The position numbers and the translations under genes are program-made. From Cyanobacteriota bacterium (GTDB taxonomy: Bacteria; Cyanobacteriota; Cyanobacteriia; Cyanobacteriales; Nostocaceae), in NCBI GenBank assembly GCA_046045965.1, contig JBJOKS010000011.1:64001-128000 (forward strand): DNA of 64,000 nt, written 5' to 3'. The notes under the pieces were generated by a model. The model saw only the letters and a program-made list of their open reading frames with translations. It had not been told where the DNA came from and made no database searches. Positions within the stretch are counted from its first letter, which is position 1. Each line of letters opens with the position of its first letter. Positions 32,803-43,249 of the stretch are shown one piece after another.

Positions 32803-32897
32803 CAAAAAGTAAATTCACCAAAACCCTCTTCTCTGTTCCCCGTTCCCTGTTCCCTGTTCCCTTGTCATAACGACAATTTTTAACGCCTACCTACTTA
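32768..32897. mobile_element. About 130-bp TA-flanked MITE (second copy at 49626-49756)
   Basis: Imperfect TIR TAAGTAAGTCGGTG / CGCCTACCTACTTA; shares GTATGTAACAAAA and CATAACGACAATTTTTAAC with the 49626 copy. Confidence 0.75.
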
Positions 32898-32930
32898 GTA
32901 TAGTTTTAAATTCCAGCACATCATCACCAA

Positions 32931-33572
32931 TTACCCATTACCAAGGGTTACAGCTAATTTATCAGCAATACCAGCAATCCAGTTTTCATCTTGTTTTGTA
33001 TAACTACGTGGTGCATTTGCTCCTAAAATCAAAACACCTTCTTTACCAATTGGTTGACAAATTACCCCTTGTGTGTTTTCTGGTAAATAATCAAATTCAA
33101 TTTTGCCGGGATACACATACAAAGCAACTAAATAAACTGCTTTTTGTGTTTCCAAGACTCTTTTTAATATCGCTCCTGGTGTAACTTCCGATTTAGAAGC
33201 CAGAATACCGCGACGTAACAAAACTTTACCTTGGTAATAAACTATGAGCGATCGCGTGACCGTATTAGTTAATAATAAACGTGATGCCCAAGCTAATTCT
33301 GTTTTCACGGTTTCTGGTAAATCTGGATCTAAGACAAAACCTTCTTCTCCGATGAGTTCTACTGTATCAGGGGTTTTTGGTTGTACTTGCTGCCAAATTA
33401 AACCTGTTAAAATTAACACCGCACTCAAAATAACTCCCAGCACATCCCCCCGTGCTTGAGAATTTGTCAGTTCCGGTGTTAACAACCGATTCATTAACAA
33501 AAGTACAGCACCCAAACCCCCAACTACCAGGGGTAAACGCCTTAAAACTCGATTAGGATCAGATTTAGTCAT
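32931..33572 (-). CDS. Cofactor assembly of complex C subunit B (CCB2/CCB4-like)
   Basis: SQARGDVLG, ELAWAS, YPGKIEFDYLPENTQGVICQP, PRSYTKQDENW. Confidence 0.8.
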   Translation of the reverse strand: MTKSDPNRVLRRLPLVVGGLGAVLLLMNRLLTPELTNSQARGDVLGVILSAVLILTGLIWQQVQPKTPDTVELIGEEGFVLDPDLPETVKTELAWASRLLLTNTVTRSLIVYYQGKVLLRRGILASKSEVTPGAILKRVLETQKAVYLVALYVYPGKIEFDYLPENTQGVICQPIGKEGVLILGANAPRSYTKQDENWIAGIADKLAVTLGNG

Positions 33573-33666
33573 AGGTAATGGGTAATTGGGTTATTGGGTT
33601 ATTGGGTTATTGGGTTATTAAATTCCCCCTGCTCCCCTGCTCCTCTGCTCCCCTGCTCCCTGCTTC

Positions 33667-34395
33667 TTACTCTTCTCCCGGTTCCAGGATGCGTTGAAAA
33701 AGATAACCAGTTCCTCTAGCAGTAAGTATCAATTCTGGGTTACTGGGGTCATCTTCTAATTTTGCCCGTAAACGGGAAATATGCACATCTACCACGCGAG
33801 TATCCACGTGGCGTTCTGGTGTGTATCCCCAAACTTCTTGTAAAATTTCTGAACGGGAAAAAGCTTCACCAGAGCGACTTACTAATAATTCTAGTAAGCT
33901 AAATTCCATTCCCGTTAAGCGGATACGTTCATCTCCTTTGTAGACTTGGCGCTTATTTGTATCAATTCTGATATTTCCAACATGAATTACTCCCGAACTA
34001 GGAATACCAGTCGCACCTGTTTTATCTACCCTGCGTAAAACCGAGCGAATTCGCGCTTCTAATTCTTTGGGGGAAAATGGTTTAACTACATAGTCATCTG
34101 CACCCAGTTCTAAGCCAGTGATGCGATCAGCTACGTCACCCAAAGCTGTTAGCATGATAATGGGAACGTCAGATTCTTTACGTAATTCTTGACAAACACC
34201 ATAGCCATCTAGCTTTGGCATCATCACATCCAAAACTACCAGGTCTGGTTCAGCTTTGCGAAAAGTTTCTAAAGCTTCTTCCCCATCTCCAGCAGTTACT
34301 ACATCATAGCCAATCATGGAAAGGCGCGTTTCCAAAATCCGGCGAATGCTGGCTTCGTCGTCTACTACCAGGATTTTTTCTTTATGACTTTCCAA
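33667..34395 (-). CDS. rpaB: OmpR-family response regulator RpaB (Ycf27)
   Basis: KEKILVVDDEASIRRILETRLSMIGY ... WGYTPERHVDTRVVDVHISRLRAKLEDDPSNP; TTG start. Confidence 0.95.
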   Translation of the reverse strand: MESHKEKILVVDDEASIRRILETRLSMIGYDVVTAGDGEEALETFRKAEPDLVVLDVMMPKLDGYGVCQELRKESDVPIIMLTALGDVADRITGLELGADDYVVKPFSPKELEARIRSVLRRVDKTGATGIPSSGVIHVGNIRIDTNKRQVYKGDERIRLTGMEFSLLELLVSRSGEAFSRSEILQEVWGYTPERHVDTRVVDVHISRLRAKLEDDPSNPELILTARGTGYLFQRILEPGEE

Positions 34396-34564
34396 GTTTC
34401 CCTAATCTCCCTAACTAAAATTTTACATGATGAATTTTAATATCATAATATTAAGATATCATTCCCACAGCTGATTAGAAAAAAGCTGTAACTACTACTA
34501 TGATTAGACTTTAGTTTTTTATAAAACTTAAGGAAGAATTAAGATTTTTAAATAAATATTAAGC

Positions 34565-36124
34565 ATGGCAAAGCCAAAAACCGTTTTCATTTGTAGCAAA
34601 TGTGCAGCCGAATTCTCCCAGTGGTTTGGGAAATGTCCAAATTGCGACACTTACGATTCTTTAGTAGAACAGAATGCCACACCTTTTGGAGTAGATATAC
34701 CTAGTCGGGGAGGGGTGGGTAATTGGCACGCTACTCAAACAGGTGGTAAATCTACTACTAAACCCGCTAAACCTAGAGCTTCTCTTACCTTCGATCAAAT
34801 TAGCGATCGCCAAATTGCTCGTTGGGAATCTGGTTATGGAGAATTAGATCGGGTACTGGGTGGGGGAGTTGTCCCCGGTTCAATGGTACTAATCGGCGGT
34901 GATCCCGGTATAGGTAAATCTACTTTATTATTACAAGTATCTAACCAATTAGCGCAAAAATACCGTATTCTTTACGTCACCGGCGAAGAATCTGGACAAC
35001 AGGTGAAATTACGCGCTTCTCGTTTGGGAATGTCCAAACCGATCAATGTAGTTACGGAAGGAACTGGAAGTAAAGAAACGGACGAAATAGAAACAGATAA
35101 CAACCCAGAAAATACAGATGAAACTATAAATCCTCTCAGTATTGGCGCAGACCTGTATGTTTTACCAGAAACGGATTTAGAAGAAATTCTCCGGGAAATA
35201 GACTCACTCAAACCAAATTTGGCAGTGATTGATAGTATACAAACAGTATTCTTTCCAGCATTGACATCAGCACCCGGTTCAGTCGCTCAAGTCCGGGAAT
35301 GTACAGCAGCGTTGATGAAGGTGGCAAAACACGAAGATATTACCATGTTAATTGTCGGTCATGTCACCAAAGAAGGAACAATCGCAGGACCGAGAGTATT
35401 AGAACATTTAGTAGATACAGTTTTGTATTTTGAAGGCGATCGCTTTGCCTCCCACCGATTATTAAGAACTGTTAAAAACCGTTTCGGAGCAACCCACGAA
35501 ATTGGTATATTTGAAATGGTATCTGAAGGATTACGAGAAGTAGACAATCCTTCAGAGTTGTTTCTAGGAAACCGTGACGACCCCGCACCAGGTACAGCTA
35601 TTGTTGTGGCTTGTGAAGGAACAAGACCAATAGTAGTAGAATTACAAGCTTTAGTTAGTCCCACAAGTTACCCTTCACCCCGTCGAGCCGGAACAGGGAT
35701 AGATTATAACCGCCTAGTGCAGATTTTAGCAGTATTAGAAAAGCGGGTAGGGATACCCATGTCCAAATTAGATTCCTATGTAGCATCTGCGGGGGGTTTA
35801 AATGTGGAAGAACCTGCGGTAGATTTAGGAATAGCGATCGCTATTGTAGCTAGTTTCCGTGACAGAATAGTTGATCCTGGTACTGTATTAATTGGGGAAG
35901 TGGGTTTAGGGGGACAAGTGCGCTCGGTTTCCCAAATGGAACTGCGGTTAAAAGAAGCAGCAAAGCTGGGATTTAAAAGAGCAATCGTTCCCAAAGGTCA
36001 AAAATTTCCAGATTTAAACATTGAAATTTTACCAGTTTCTAAAGTCATTGATGCCATTATTGCTGCTATTCCCCATCAATCTTTGGAAGATATTGATTTA
36101 GAAACGGACGATGAAGATGAATAA
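34565..36124 (+). CDS. radA: DNA repair protein RadA/Sms
   Basis: C4 zinc finger, GGDPGIGKST, KNRFG motif, Lon-like C-terminus. Confidence 0.97.
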   Translation: MAKPKTVFICSKCAAEFSQWFGKCPNCDTYDSLVEQNATPFGVDIPSRGGVGNWHATQTGGKSTTKPAKPRASLTFDQISDRQIARWESGYGELDRVLGGGVVPGSMVLIGGDPGIGKSTLLLQVSNQLAQKYRILYVTGEESGQQVKLRASRLGMSKPINVVTEGTGSKETDEIETDNNPENTDETINPLSIGADLYVLPETDLEEILREIDSLKPNLAVIDSIQTVFFPALTSAPGSVAQVRECTAALMKVAKHEDITMLIVGHVTKEGTIAGPRVLEHLVDTVLYFEGDRFASHRLLRTVKNRFGATHEIGIFEMVSEGLREVDNPSELFLGNRDDPAPGTAIVVACEGTRPIVVELQALVSPTSYPSPRRAGTGIDYNRLVQILAVLEKRVGIPMSKLDSYVASAGGLNVEEPAVDLGIAIAIVASFRDRIVDPGTVLIGEVGLGGQVRSVSQMELRLKEAAKLGFKRAIVPKGQKFPDLNIEILPVSKVIDAIIAAIPHQSLEDIDLETDDEDE

Positions 36125-36263
36125 AAACATCTGCGAACATCCGTGTTAATTTGTGTTTAATTTTTTCTGATACGAACCACAGAGGTACAGAGAACACAGA
36201 GAAATAAGAGGTGGATGATGAATAAGATCCCCGACTTCTTCAAAAATTTAGGGATCTCATTTA

Positions 36264-37145
36264 TTAAATATCCAGAACTAACCTTAAAACCTGCTCCCAA
36301 TTTGGCATCTTCAAACCAAAAGTATGAGACAATTTTTGATGATCTAATAAGGAAAAAGCTGGTCTAATTGCAGGTGTAGGATATTCTGGGGTAGTAATAG
36401 GAATTAAACGTTGTAATTTGCGTTCATTCTTGGGGGGAAATTCATCATTGAAAATTGCCTTCGCAAAACCATACCAGCTAGTTTTTCCACTAGGAGATAA
36501 ATGATATAATCCTCCTTTACTAGAGAAAAAATCAGTTGGATTTTGCTGAGACTGAGAAACTATTTGAGCAGTAATTTCTGCAATCATTCTACTCCAAGTG
36601 GGTGCGCCAATTTGATCATCAACAACCCTAATTTCTTCTCTTTCCTTTGCTAATTTTTGCATTGTTAATAAAAAGTTTTTCCCATAAAAACCATAAACCC
36701 AGCTAGTGCGGAAAATGAGATAATTAACACCCACAGATTTAATTGCTTCTTCACCTGCTAATTTTGTTTTTCCATAGATATTTTGGGGATTTGGTTGATC
36801 ATTTTCCAGATATGGAGTATTTTTATTTCCATCAAAAACATAATCTGTGGAATAGTGAATTATAGCAGCACCAATACGTTGAGCTTCTTCAGCTATAATA
36901 CCAGGAGCAATACCATTGATTATCATTGCTAAATCTGGTTCTGACTCTGCTTTATCCACCGCTGTGTAAGCAGCAGGATTGACAATTAAATCGGGTTTTA
37001 CATCCCTAATTGTCTGACAAATTGTATCTGGTTTAGCTAAATCTAATTGATTTCGTCCCACAGAAATCACATCACCCACAGTCATCAAAGTGCGTTGTAA
37101 TTCCCAACCGACTTGTCCAGTTGTACCTGTTAAAAGTATTTTCAT
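36264..37145 (-). CDS. rfbD: dTDP-4-dehydrorhamnose reductase
   Basis: GTTGQVG, AAYTAVDKAE, STDYVFDG, YGKTK. Confidence 0.95.
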   Translation of the reverse strand: MKILLTGTTGQVGWELQRTLMTVGDVISVGRNQLDLAKPDTICQTIRDVKPDLIVNPAAYTAVDKAESEPDLAMIINGIAPGIIAEEAQRIGAAIIHYSTDYVFDGNKNTPYLENDQPNPQNIYGKTKLAGEEAIKSVGVNYLIFRTSWVYGFYGKNFLLTMQKLAKEREEIRVVDDQIGAPTWSRMIAEITAQIVSQSQQNPTDFFSSKGGLYHLSPSGKTSWYGFAKAIFNDEFPPKNERKLQRLIPITTPEYPTPAIRPAFSLLDHQKLSHTFGLKMPNWEQVLRLVLDI

Positions 37146-37687
37146 TGATAAACCTCTGCTTCTGGAAATAACTTACCAACTTTATCCTTAGCAGAAACAA
37201 TAGGTTCACCATCAATAGGCCAAGAAATAGCTAAATCAGGATCATTCCAAAGCAGAGTCCGATCATATTGTGGTGCATAATAATCAGTAGTTTTGTACAA
37301 GAATTCAGCATATTCGGAAAGCACCACAAAACCGTGAGCAAAACCAGGTGGTATCCAAAATTGATGTTTATTTTCTGCTGATAAATACACTCCAACCCAT
37401 TGACCAAAAGTAGCAGAACTTTTTCTTAAATCAACAGCTACATCAAACACTTCACCAACTACAACTCTGACAAGTTTTCCTTGTGGTTGCTGAATTTGAT
37501 AATGCAAACCACGCAAAACATTTTTAAGAGAACGAGAGTGGTTATCCTGGACAAAATGAGATGATATTCCTACCTTTTCTAAAAAAGCTTTTTCGTTATA
37601 ACTTTCATAAAAAAAACCCCGTTCATCTCCAAAAATTTGCGGTTCAATAATCAGCACATCAGGAATATCTGTTTTTACAACCTTCAT
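37142..37687 (-). CDS. rfbC: dTDP-4-dehydrorhamnose 3,5-epimerase
   Basis: DERGFFYE, QDNHSRS, RGLHYQ, GFAHGF; start set at MKVVKT. Confidence 0.95.
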   Translation of the reverse strand: MKVVKTDIPDVLIIEPQIFGDERGFFYESYNEKAFLEKVGISSHFVQDNHSRSLKNVLRGLHYQIQQPQGKLVRVVVGEVFDVAVDLRKSSATFGQWVGVYLSAENKHQFWIPPGFAHGFVVLSEYAEFLYKTTDYYAPQYDRTLLWNDPDLAISWPIDGEPIVSAKDKVGKLFPEAEVYQ

Positions 37688-37713
37688 AAATTCATCCTTT
37701 TTTCTATTGTTTA

Positions 37714-38595
37714 TCAATTAAAAGTAATTTCATCTTCTAACAGTCTTCGTAAATAAAGACCATAACTGCTTTTACCCATAGATTCAGCTAAATAAGACAA
37801 CTGACTAGAATCAATATATCCTTGAAGATAGGCAATTTCTTCAATACAAGCTATTTTTAGTCCCTGTCTTTGTTCTAATGTTTGGATAAAGTTTGACGCT
37901 TGATGCAAAGATTCATGTGTACCCGTATCTAACCAAGCATATCCTCGTCCTAAGATTTCTACTTTTAATTTACCTTGATTTAAGTAAGCTAAATTCACAT
38001 CAGTAATTTCTAATTCACCACGAGGAGAAGGTTTCAAACTAGCAGCAATTTCCGTCACTTGATCATCATAAAAATAAATACCAGGAACAGCATATTTGGA
38101 TTTAGGAATTTTCGGTTTTTCCTCGATACTAATTGCTTTTCCCGACTCATTAAATTCAATCACACCATAGTTTTCTGGTTGTGTCACCTTATAACCGAAA
38201 ACTAACCCACCATGTTGAAGTTGAGCAGCACGAGTCAAAACTTCAGTTAAACCATGTCCATAAAATATATTGTCTCCTAAAATTAAACATACTGGGTCAT
38301 TTTTGATAAAATCTTTCCCCAAGATAAAAGCTTGAGCTAAACCTTCTGGTTTCGGTTGTTCCACATAACTAAACTTCAATCCCCATTGACTACCATCCTT
38401 AAGCAGTCGCTGAAAAAGAGGTAAATCTGTAGGAGTCGAAATAATCAAAATTTCCCTAATTCCAGCTAACATTAAAACCGATAAAGGATAGTAAATCATC
38501 GGTTTATCATAAACAGACATTAACTGTTTACTGACAACTTGAGTTAAAGGATAAAGACGTGTACCAGAACCACCAGCGAGAATAATACCCTTCAT
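37714..38595 (-). CDS. rfbA: Glucose-1-phosphate thymidylyltransferase
   Basis: [28 protein letters not shown]. Confidence 0.96.
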   Translation of the reverse strand: MKGIILAGGSGTRLYPLTQVVSKQLMSVYDKPMIYYPLSVLMLAGIREILIISTPTDLPLFQRLLKDGSQWGLKFSYVEQPKPEGLAQAFILGKDFIKNDPVCLILGDNIFYGHGLTEVLTRAAQLQHGGLVFGYKVTQPENYGVIEFNESGKAISIEEKPKIPKSKYAVPGIYFYDDQVTEIAASLKPSPRGELEITDVNLAYLNQGKLKVEILGRGYAWLDTGTHESLHQASNFIQTLEQRQGLKIACIEEIAYLQGYIDSSQLSYLAESMGKSSYGLYLRRLLEDEITFN

Positions 38596-38622
38596 TTTAG
38601 CATCCTTATAGAATATAATAAA

Positions 38623-39711
38623 TTAACGAGTCTCATAATTTTGTTTGATCCAATTTTGGTATGCTCCTGTAAAAATAGAATCTACCCAAGCTGAATTATT
38701 GAGATACCATTGGACTGTTTTTAATAAACCACTTTCAAAATTTTCCTTGGGTTTCCAGCCTAATTCTTTGCTGATTTTACTACAATCAATTGCATAGCGG
38801 CGGTCATGTCCAGGACGATCTTTAATAAAAGTAATTAAAGATGAATACTGGAAATTACTTTTAGGTGCTAATTCATCAAGAATACTACAAATTTTTTCCA
38901 CAACTACTAAATTTGTTTTTTCATTAATTCCCCCAATATTGTAAGTTTCACCAATTTTACCATCTTTTAAAACCTGATAAATAGCATCACAATGATCGCC
39001 TACATATAGCCAATCCCGGATATTTTGACCATCACCATATATAGGTAAAGGTTTACCATGTAAAGCATTGAGAATCATCAAAGGAATTAATTTTTCAGGA
39101 AATTGTAAAGGTCCATAATTGTTAGAACAATTAGTGGTTAAAGTAGGTAAATTATAGGTGTGATAGTATGATCTAACTAAATGATCTGCACTAGCTTTAG
39201 AAGCTGCATAAGGACTATTTGGTGCATAGGGTGTATCTTCCCGGAACGCTGGATCTCTTAGGCTTAAAGAACCATATACTTCATCAGTAGATATGTGCAG
39301 AAAGCGGAAATTTTCTTGTTTTGATAAAGGTAGTTTTTGCCAATAGTTTTTACTAGCTTCTAATAATTGAAATGTTCCAACTACATTAGTTTGGATGAAA
39401 TTTTCAGGACTGAGAATGGAACGATCAACATGAGTTTCTGCTGCAAAATTGATCACAGCATCTGGCTGATATTGATCTAATAAATAACTGACTAACTCAT
39501 GGTTATTGATATCTCCTTGCATAAAAATATAGTGAGGATCATCTTGCAACTCTGCTAGATTTTGCAGGTTACTCGCGTAAGTCAGTTTATCTAAATTAAC
39601 TATGTTACCCCATTGGGATTTTCTAGCTTGGAGGACAAAATTAGCTCCAATAAATCCTGCTCCACCTGTTACTAATAAAGTTGGCTGATCATCTGTTGTG
39701 TACTTAGACAT
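38623..39711 (-). CDS. rfbB: dTDP-glucose 4,6-dehydratase
   Basis: [38 protein letters not shown]. Confidence 0.96.
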   Translation of the reverse strand: MSKYTTDDQPTLLVTGGAGFIGANFVLQARKSQWGNIVNLDKLTYASNLQNLAELQDDPHYIFMQGDINNHELVSYLLDQYQPDAVINFAAETHVDRSILSPENFIQTNVVGTFQLLEASKNYWQKLPLSKQENFRFLHISTDEVYGSLSLRDPAFREDTPYAPNSPYAASKASADHLVRSYYHTYNLPTLTTNCSNNYGPLQFPEKLIPLMILNALHGKPLPIYGDGQNIRDWLYVGDHCDAIYQVLKDGKIGETYNIGGINEKTNLVVVEKICSILDELAPKSNFQYSSLITFIKDRPGHDRRYAIDCSKISKELGWKPKENFESGLLKTVQWYLNNSAWVDSIFTGAYQNWIKQNYETR

Positions 39712-39804
39712 ATAAGTTTGATTGTCCTATTTTTTCGATTTTTAGGTAAAGTGTAAATTTGCTAATTCCCCAAATTGATTGAGATATCATCTCTATTTTC
39801 AGTT

Positions 39805-40767
39805 CTAATCGGAAACATTAGACTTTTTTAAACCTAATTTTTCGGCAAATTTTCTTAATGTATCTCTAGGAAACCAGACCATAAAAATTCCTCCTCTGTC
39901 AAATACTGTCAAGTTCCAAAAATAGCCAAAATTGGGGAATTGTCTTAATAACATAATTTCAGCTAAGACATACCGCCTGTTTTTTCGTGGTTGGTTGGGA
40001 GGATTATCTTCAGTGCGGAGTTGCTCCGGTAATGGTAGCCAATGACCTACTATTTTTTCAGGATCAAAAAATCTCGCTTGTACACATAGTCCCATTAATC
40101 TGTCAGCCGTCCAAAAAGGAATATATTTGAATGGACCAAATAGAGTAAAGTTCGGTACAATAACCTTGAGAGTTTCTTGAACTACCTCATTTTTCCAAAC
40201 TTTCTTGTCAAAGTTTTCGTGATGCGGTCCGTGTTGATCTTTGCGTCCCCAAAAAACTGCTAAAAAGTTAAGTTTGTTATTTAAAGGAGCAATGGGAATC
40301 TCTCGCATCATATATGGTATTTCTTCTGAAGAGTAATTTTTTGAATTGTGTTGATTTCTGACGGCAATATCTTTAATATTAGGTAGGGAATCCCAAGATT
40401 TATCAATTGGTGCTTTTCCAAAAGGAAAACCGACTTGATTTAATCTACAGAAATAGCTATCAGGAAAATTACTAAAATAATCTTCGGCAATTTCAATAAT
40501 ATTTGGATGGAGATACTCATCACAATTAATTGAAAGAACATATTTCCCTGACGCATTAAGTAAAGCAGTCACTCTTTGAATGAGTTCTCCCCTGAGAGGA
40601 CTGGTGATTTGATGTAAGCGAGGATCGCTAATATTGATGAAAGAGACATGAGGTGGATAAACCAAAATAAACTCGGCGCTACCTTGAATTTTTAAGATTT
40701 CTTGTAGCCATGAAGCTTCAACACCTTCCCTCATGGGAATAATAATAGAAAGCGTGGGTTTTGTCAT
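39805..40767 (-). CDS. Atypical GT-A (GT2-like) glycosyltransferase heading the rfb operon
   Basis: LSIIIPMRE first strand, LLNASGKYVLSINCDEYLHP at the DxD position; start set at MTKPT. Confidence 0.6.
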   Translation of the reverse strand: MTKPTLSIIIPMREGVEASWLQEILKIQGSAEFILVYPPHVSFINISDPRLHQITSPLRGELIQRVTALLNASGKYVLSINCDEYLHPNIIEIAEDYFSNFPDSYFCRLNQVGFPFGKAPIDKSWDSLPNIKDIAVRNQHNSKNYSSEEIPYMMREIPIAPLNNKLNFLAVFWGRKDQHGPHHENFDKKVWKNEVVQETLKVIVPNFTLFGPFKYIPFWTADRLMGLCVQARFFDPEKIVGHWLPLPEQLRTEDNPPNQPRKNRRYVLAEIMLLRQFPNFGYFWNLTVFDRGGIFMVWFPRDTLRKFAEKLGLKKSNVSD

Positions 40768-41223
40768 AGATGGATAATAGTGATATTTAAAAGTCATATT
40801 TAAACAAAACAAATTTCCAAAAGCTTTTACTTAACAGGTAGTTAAATTAATGCGTCTAAGTTCAAACGCGCCTAAACATCATTCCCAACAGACTAACTAC
40901 TTAAGAGAATGTGTAACACTTAAAATTTCCGTATAACTATTCCGCAGAGGATATTTATACAGATTTTTTACTTGACACTCTTGGTACAGATATTATACAT
41001 AAACTTTGCATATAAATATATGGTATAGGGCATTTATACATAAAATTTATATGTATCTTTAAAAACTTCATATTTTATGGATATTTCTGATATCTTGTTC
41101 TGACACTGTTACTAATAAGACTATAATCCTACACCATATTGCTGGCCTGTAGGAAATGTTATGAATTACAAATCTATGGTGTTAGTGTGGCCATTGGTAA
41201 CGATTTTGGTGAAGACTGATTTA

Positions 41224-41327
41224 CTAGTACAGCACGGCGTAAATACACCAACCATTCCCAATCTCTGAAAAACCTACTCTGTATTTGTTTTGACTTTTGA
41301 CTTTTGACTTTCGCGAAGCGGTACTAG
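41224..41327. mobile_element. MITE-like element with CTAGTAC/GTACTAG ends
   Basis: Terminal inverted repeat, internal (TTTTGAC)n and CGCGAAGCG mini-hairpin. Confidence 0.6.
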
Positions 41328-41560
41328 CTGGCCAAAGACAACAAATGTATCTTAAAATTCTTTAAGTTGATATGAATTTGATATTTTTCAAATATTCATG
41401 AATTGTAATTAATTTGAATCCAATTGATGATTAACTCATGAGGATAAATTGCTTTTTGGCATCTATCAAGAGTCTGATATTTAATTAGTAAGAGTGATGA
41501 TCTGCCGATAGCCTACACTAAAGAAAAGAAATATCGTGTATTTTGTATAATTCCTAACTG

Positions 41561-43012
41561 ATGATGAGTAAATTAAAATCCCGCAAACAAGGTAATCTAT
41601 GGTTTGAAAGATTAATGGCTATTACTGCCACTGTCAACTTAGGGTTAGTTTTGTTTGACTTGAGTTACGTAAATTGGCGTGATTTCTACTTCAGAAGAGT
41701 TCCTCAAATCACCCAGATTTATGACCCGATTAAAGGTATTGAACCCCATCGAGACACGAAAAGTTATTTAGAAACAGTAACTGCTTTAGAAGAACAAGTT
41801 AGCCAAACAGGTTTAAACTCACCTCAAGTAAAAACCAAGTTAGCAGAAATTAGTCGTCTCAGCACAGAGATGATGGATAGTAACCCCTTTGCTGGTGCTG
41901 GTAAAAGTGGAACTCTGGAAAAAATCAAAAACCGGATGCGGGAACGCGTCGGACAAACTTCTTCAAAACAAGCTTTTGCTAATTTTTGGAGTCCAGAATA
42001 TTTATCTAAACATGGCTGGATTCAAGAAATTCATTTTTTTAACCAGCAAATTCGTCCTAGTATCGCTGCTAACTATTACCGCAAAATAGGCGAAAATGGA
42101 GAATTTATAGATAATTTTTGGCTAATTGATTTACCGTTTGTAGTCATATTTGGCTTAGAATTACTCTTACGGACTTTTTATATCAAACGTCAAAATCGGC
42201 ATTTAAGCTGGTTAGAAGCGATTTTGTGGCGTTGGTATGACTTATTTTTAATAATTCCCTTTTGGCGTTGGTTGCGAATTTTGCCAGTGTTGGTGCGTTT
42301 AGATCAAGCAGAGTTAATTGATTTACATTTAGTGAGGACGCAAATTCACCAAGGTATAGTAGCCAATTTTGCCGAAGAAATTACAGAAATTGTGGTGGTG
42401 CGGGTAATTAACCAAATGCAGGGTTCAATTCAGCGGGGTGATATAACTCGCTGGTTATTACAGTCCGAAAAAGAGCGTGCCTACATAGATATTAATAATA
42501 TCAACGAAGTGGAAGCGATCGCTGGACTGTTAGTACAAACTATCGTTAATCAAGTCCTACCGAAAATTCAGCCAGAAATTAATGCCATTTTGCGCCACAA
42601 TATTGAAACTGCTTTCGGGCAAGTACCGATTTATCGTCACCTGCTCATGCTGCCAGGAGTAGGACAGGCACAAAACCAGCTAAGTGAACAACTCGCCAAT
42701 CAAATTACCACAAATCTATATATTGCCTTGGTTAGCGCCATTAAAGATCCAGTTGCCGCGAAACTTTCCAGTCAGCTAATAGAAAAATTTACTACTGTTC
42801 TAGGTAAAGAAATTCAGGAAAAACACGTAATTGGTGAAATTCAAAGTTTGCTCAATGACTTTTTAGAAGAAGTCAAAATTAACTATGTCCAACGCCTATC
42901 CCAAGAGGATATTGAGCAAATTATCGAGCAAACAAGACAAATGCGATCGCAAGCATCTGTGCAGACAGTAGTTGATAAAGGCGCTCTCTCAGAAATTCGA
43001 GATAGAAGGTAA
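41561..43012 (+). CDS. Membrane protein with voltage-sensor-like (S1-S4) helices and no recognisable pore
   Basis: 483-aa ORF; IDLPFVVIFGLELLLR (S2-like), WYDLFLIIP (S3-like), WRWLRILPVLVRL (S4-like). Confidence 0.7.
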   Translation: MMSKLKSRKQGNLWFERLMAITATVNLGLVLFDLSYVNWRDFYFRRVPQITQIYDPIKGIEPHRDTKSYLETVTALEEQVSQTGLNSPQVKTKLAEISRLSTEMMDSNPFAGAGKSGTLEKIKNRMRERVGQTSSKQAFANFWSPEYLSKHGWIQEIHFFNQQIRPSIAANYYRKIGENGEFIDNFWLIDLPFVVIFGLELLLRTFYIKRQNRHLSWLEAILWRWYDLFLIIPFWRWLRILPVLVRLDQAELIDLHLVRTQIHQGIVANFAEEITEIVVVRVINQMQGSIQRGDITRWLLQSEKERAYIDINNINEVEAIAGLLVQTIVNQVLPKIQPEINAILRHNIETAFGQVPIYRHLLMLPGVGQAQNQLSEQLANQITTNLYIALVSAIKDPVAAKLSSQLIEKFTTVLGKEIQEKHVIGEIQSLLNDFLEEVKINYVQRLSQEDIEQIIEQTRQMRSQASVQTVVDKGALSEIRDRR

Positions 43013-43157
43013 AGGTGATTGGTGATTGGTGATTGGTGATTGGGTTATTAACTTCCCCTGCCTCCCCTGCCTCCCCACCTCCCCATCTCTTCTGTTCCCT
43101 GTTCCCTAATAACTGACTAATGACTAACGAAAAAAATACGCTACACTCATGTTAGGG

Positions 43158-43236
43158 GCGAACCAATAACGGTTCGTCACAATACTTCTTGGAAGATATC
43201 CCTATCGCCAGAAGTGGGTAGAAGCCCACTTTTTTT
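43158..43236 (+). promoter_or_regulatory. rimP leader: terminator-like attenuator hairpin upstream of the rimP-nusA-infB operon
   Basis: AAGTGGG-TAGAAG-CCCACTT stem followed by a T-run ending just before the rimP ATG; upstream GGCGAACC/GGTTCGTC hairpin. Confidence 0.7.
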
Positions 43237-43249
43237 ATTGAATTCTCGC

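Noticed and set aside
35035..35145. Acidic insertion in RadA
   Set aside because: Short low-complexity linker with no intein motifs; variable loop.
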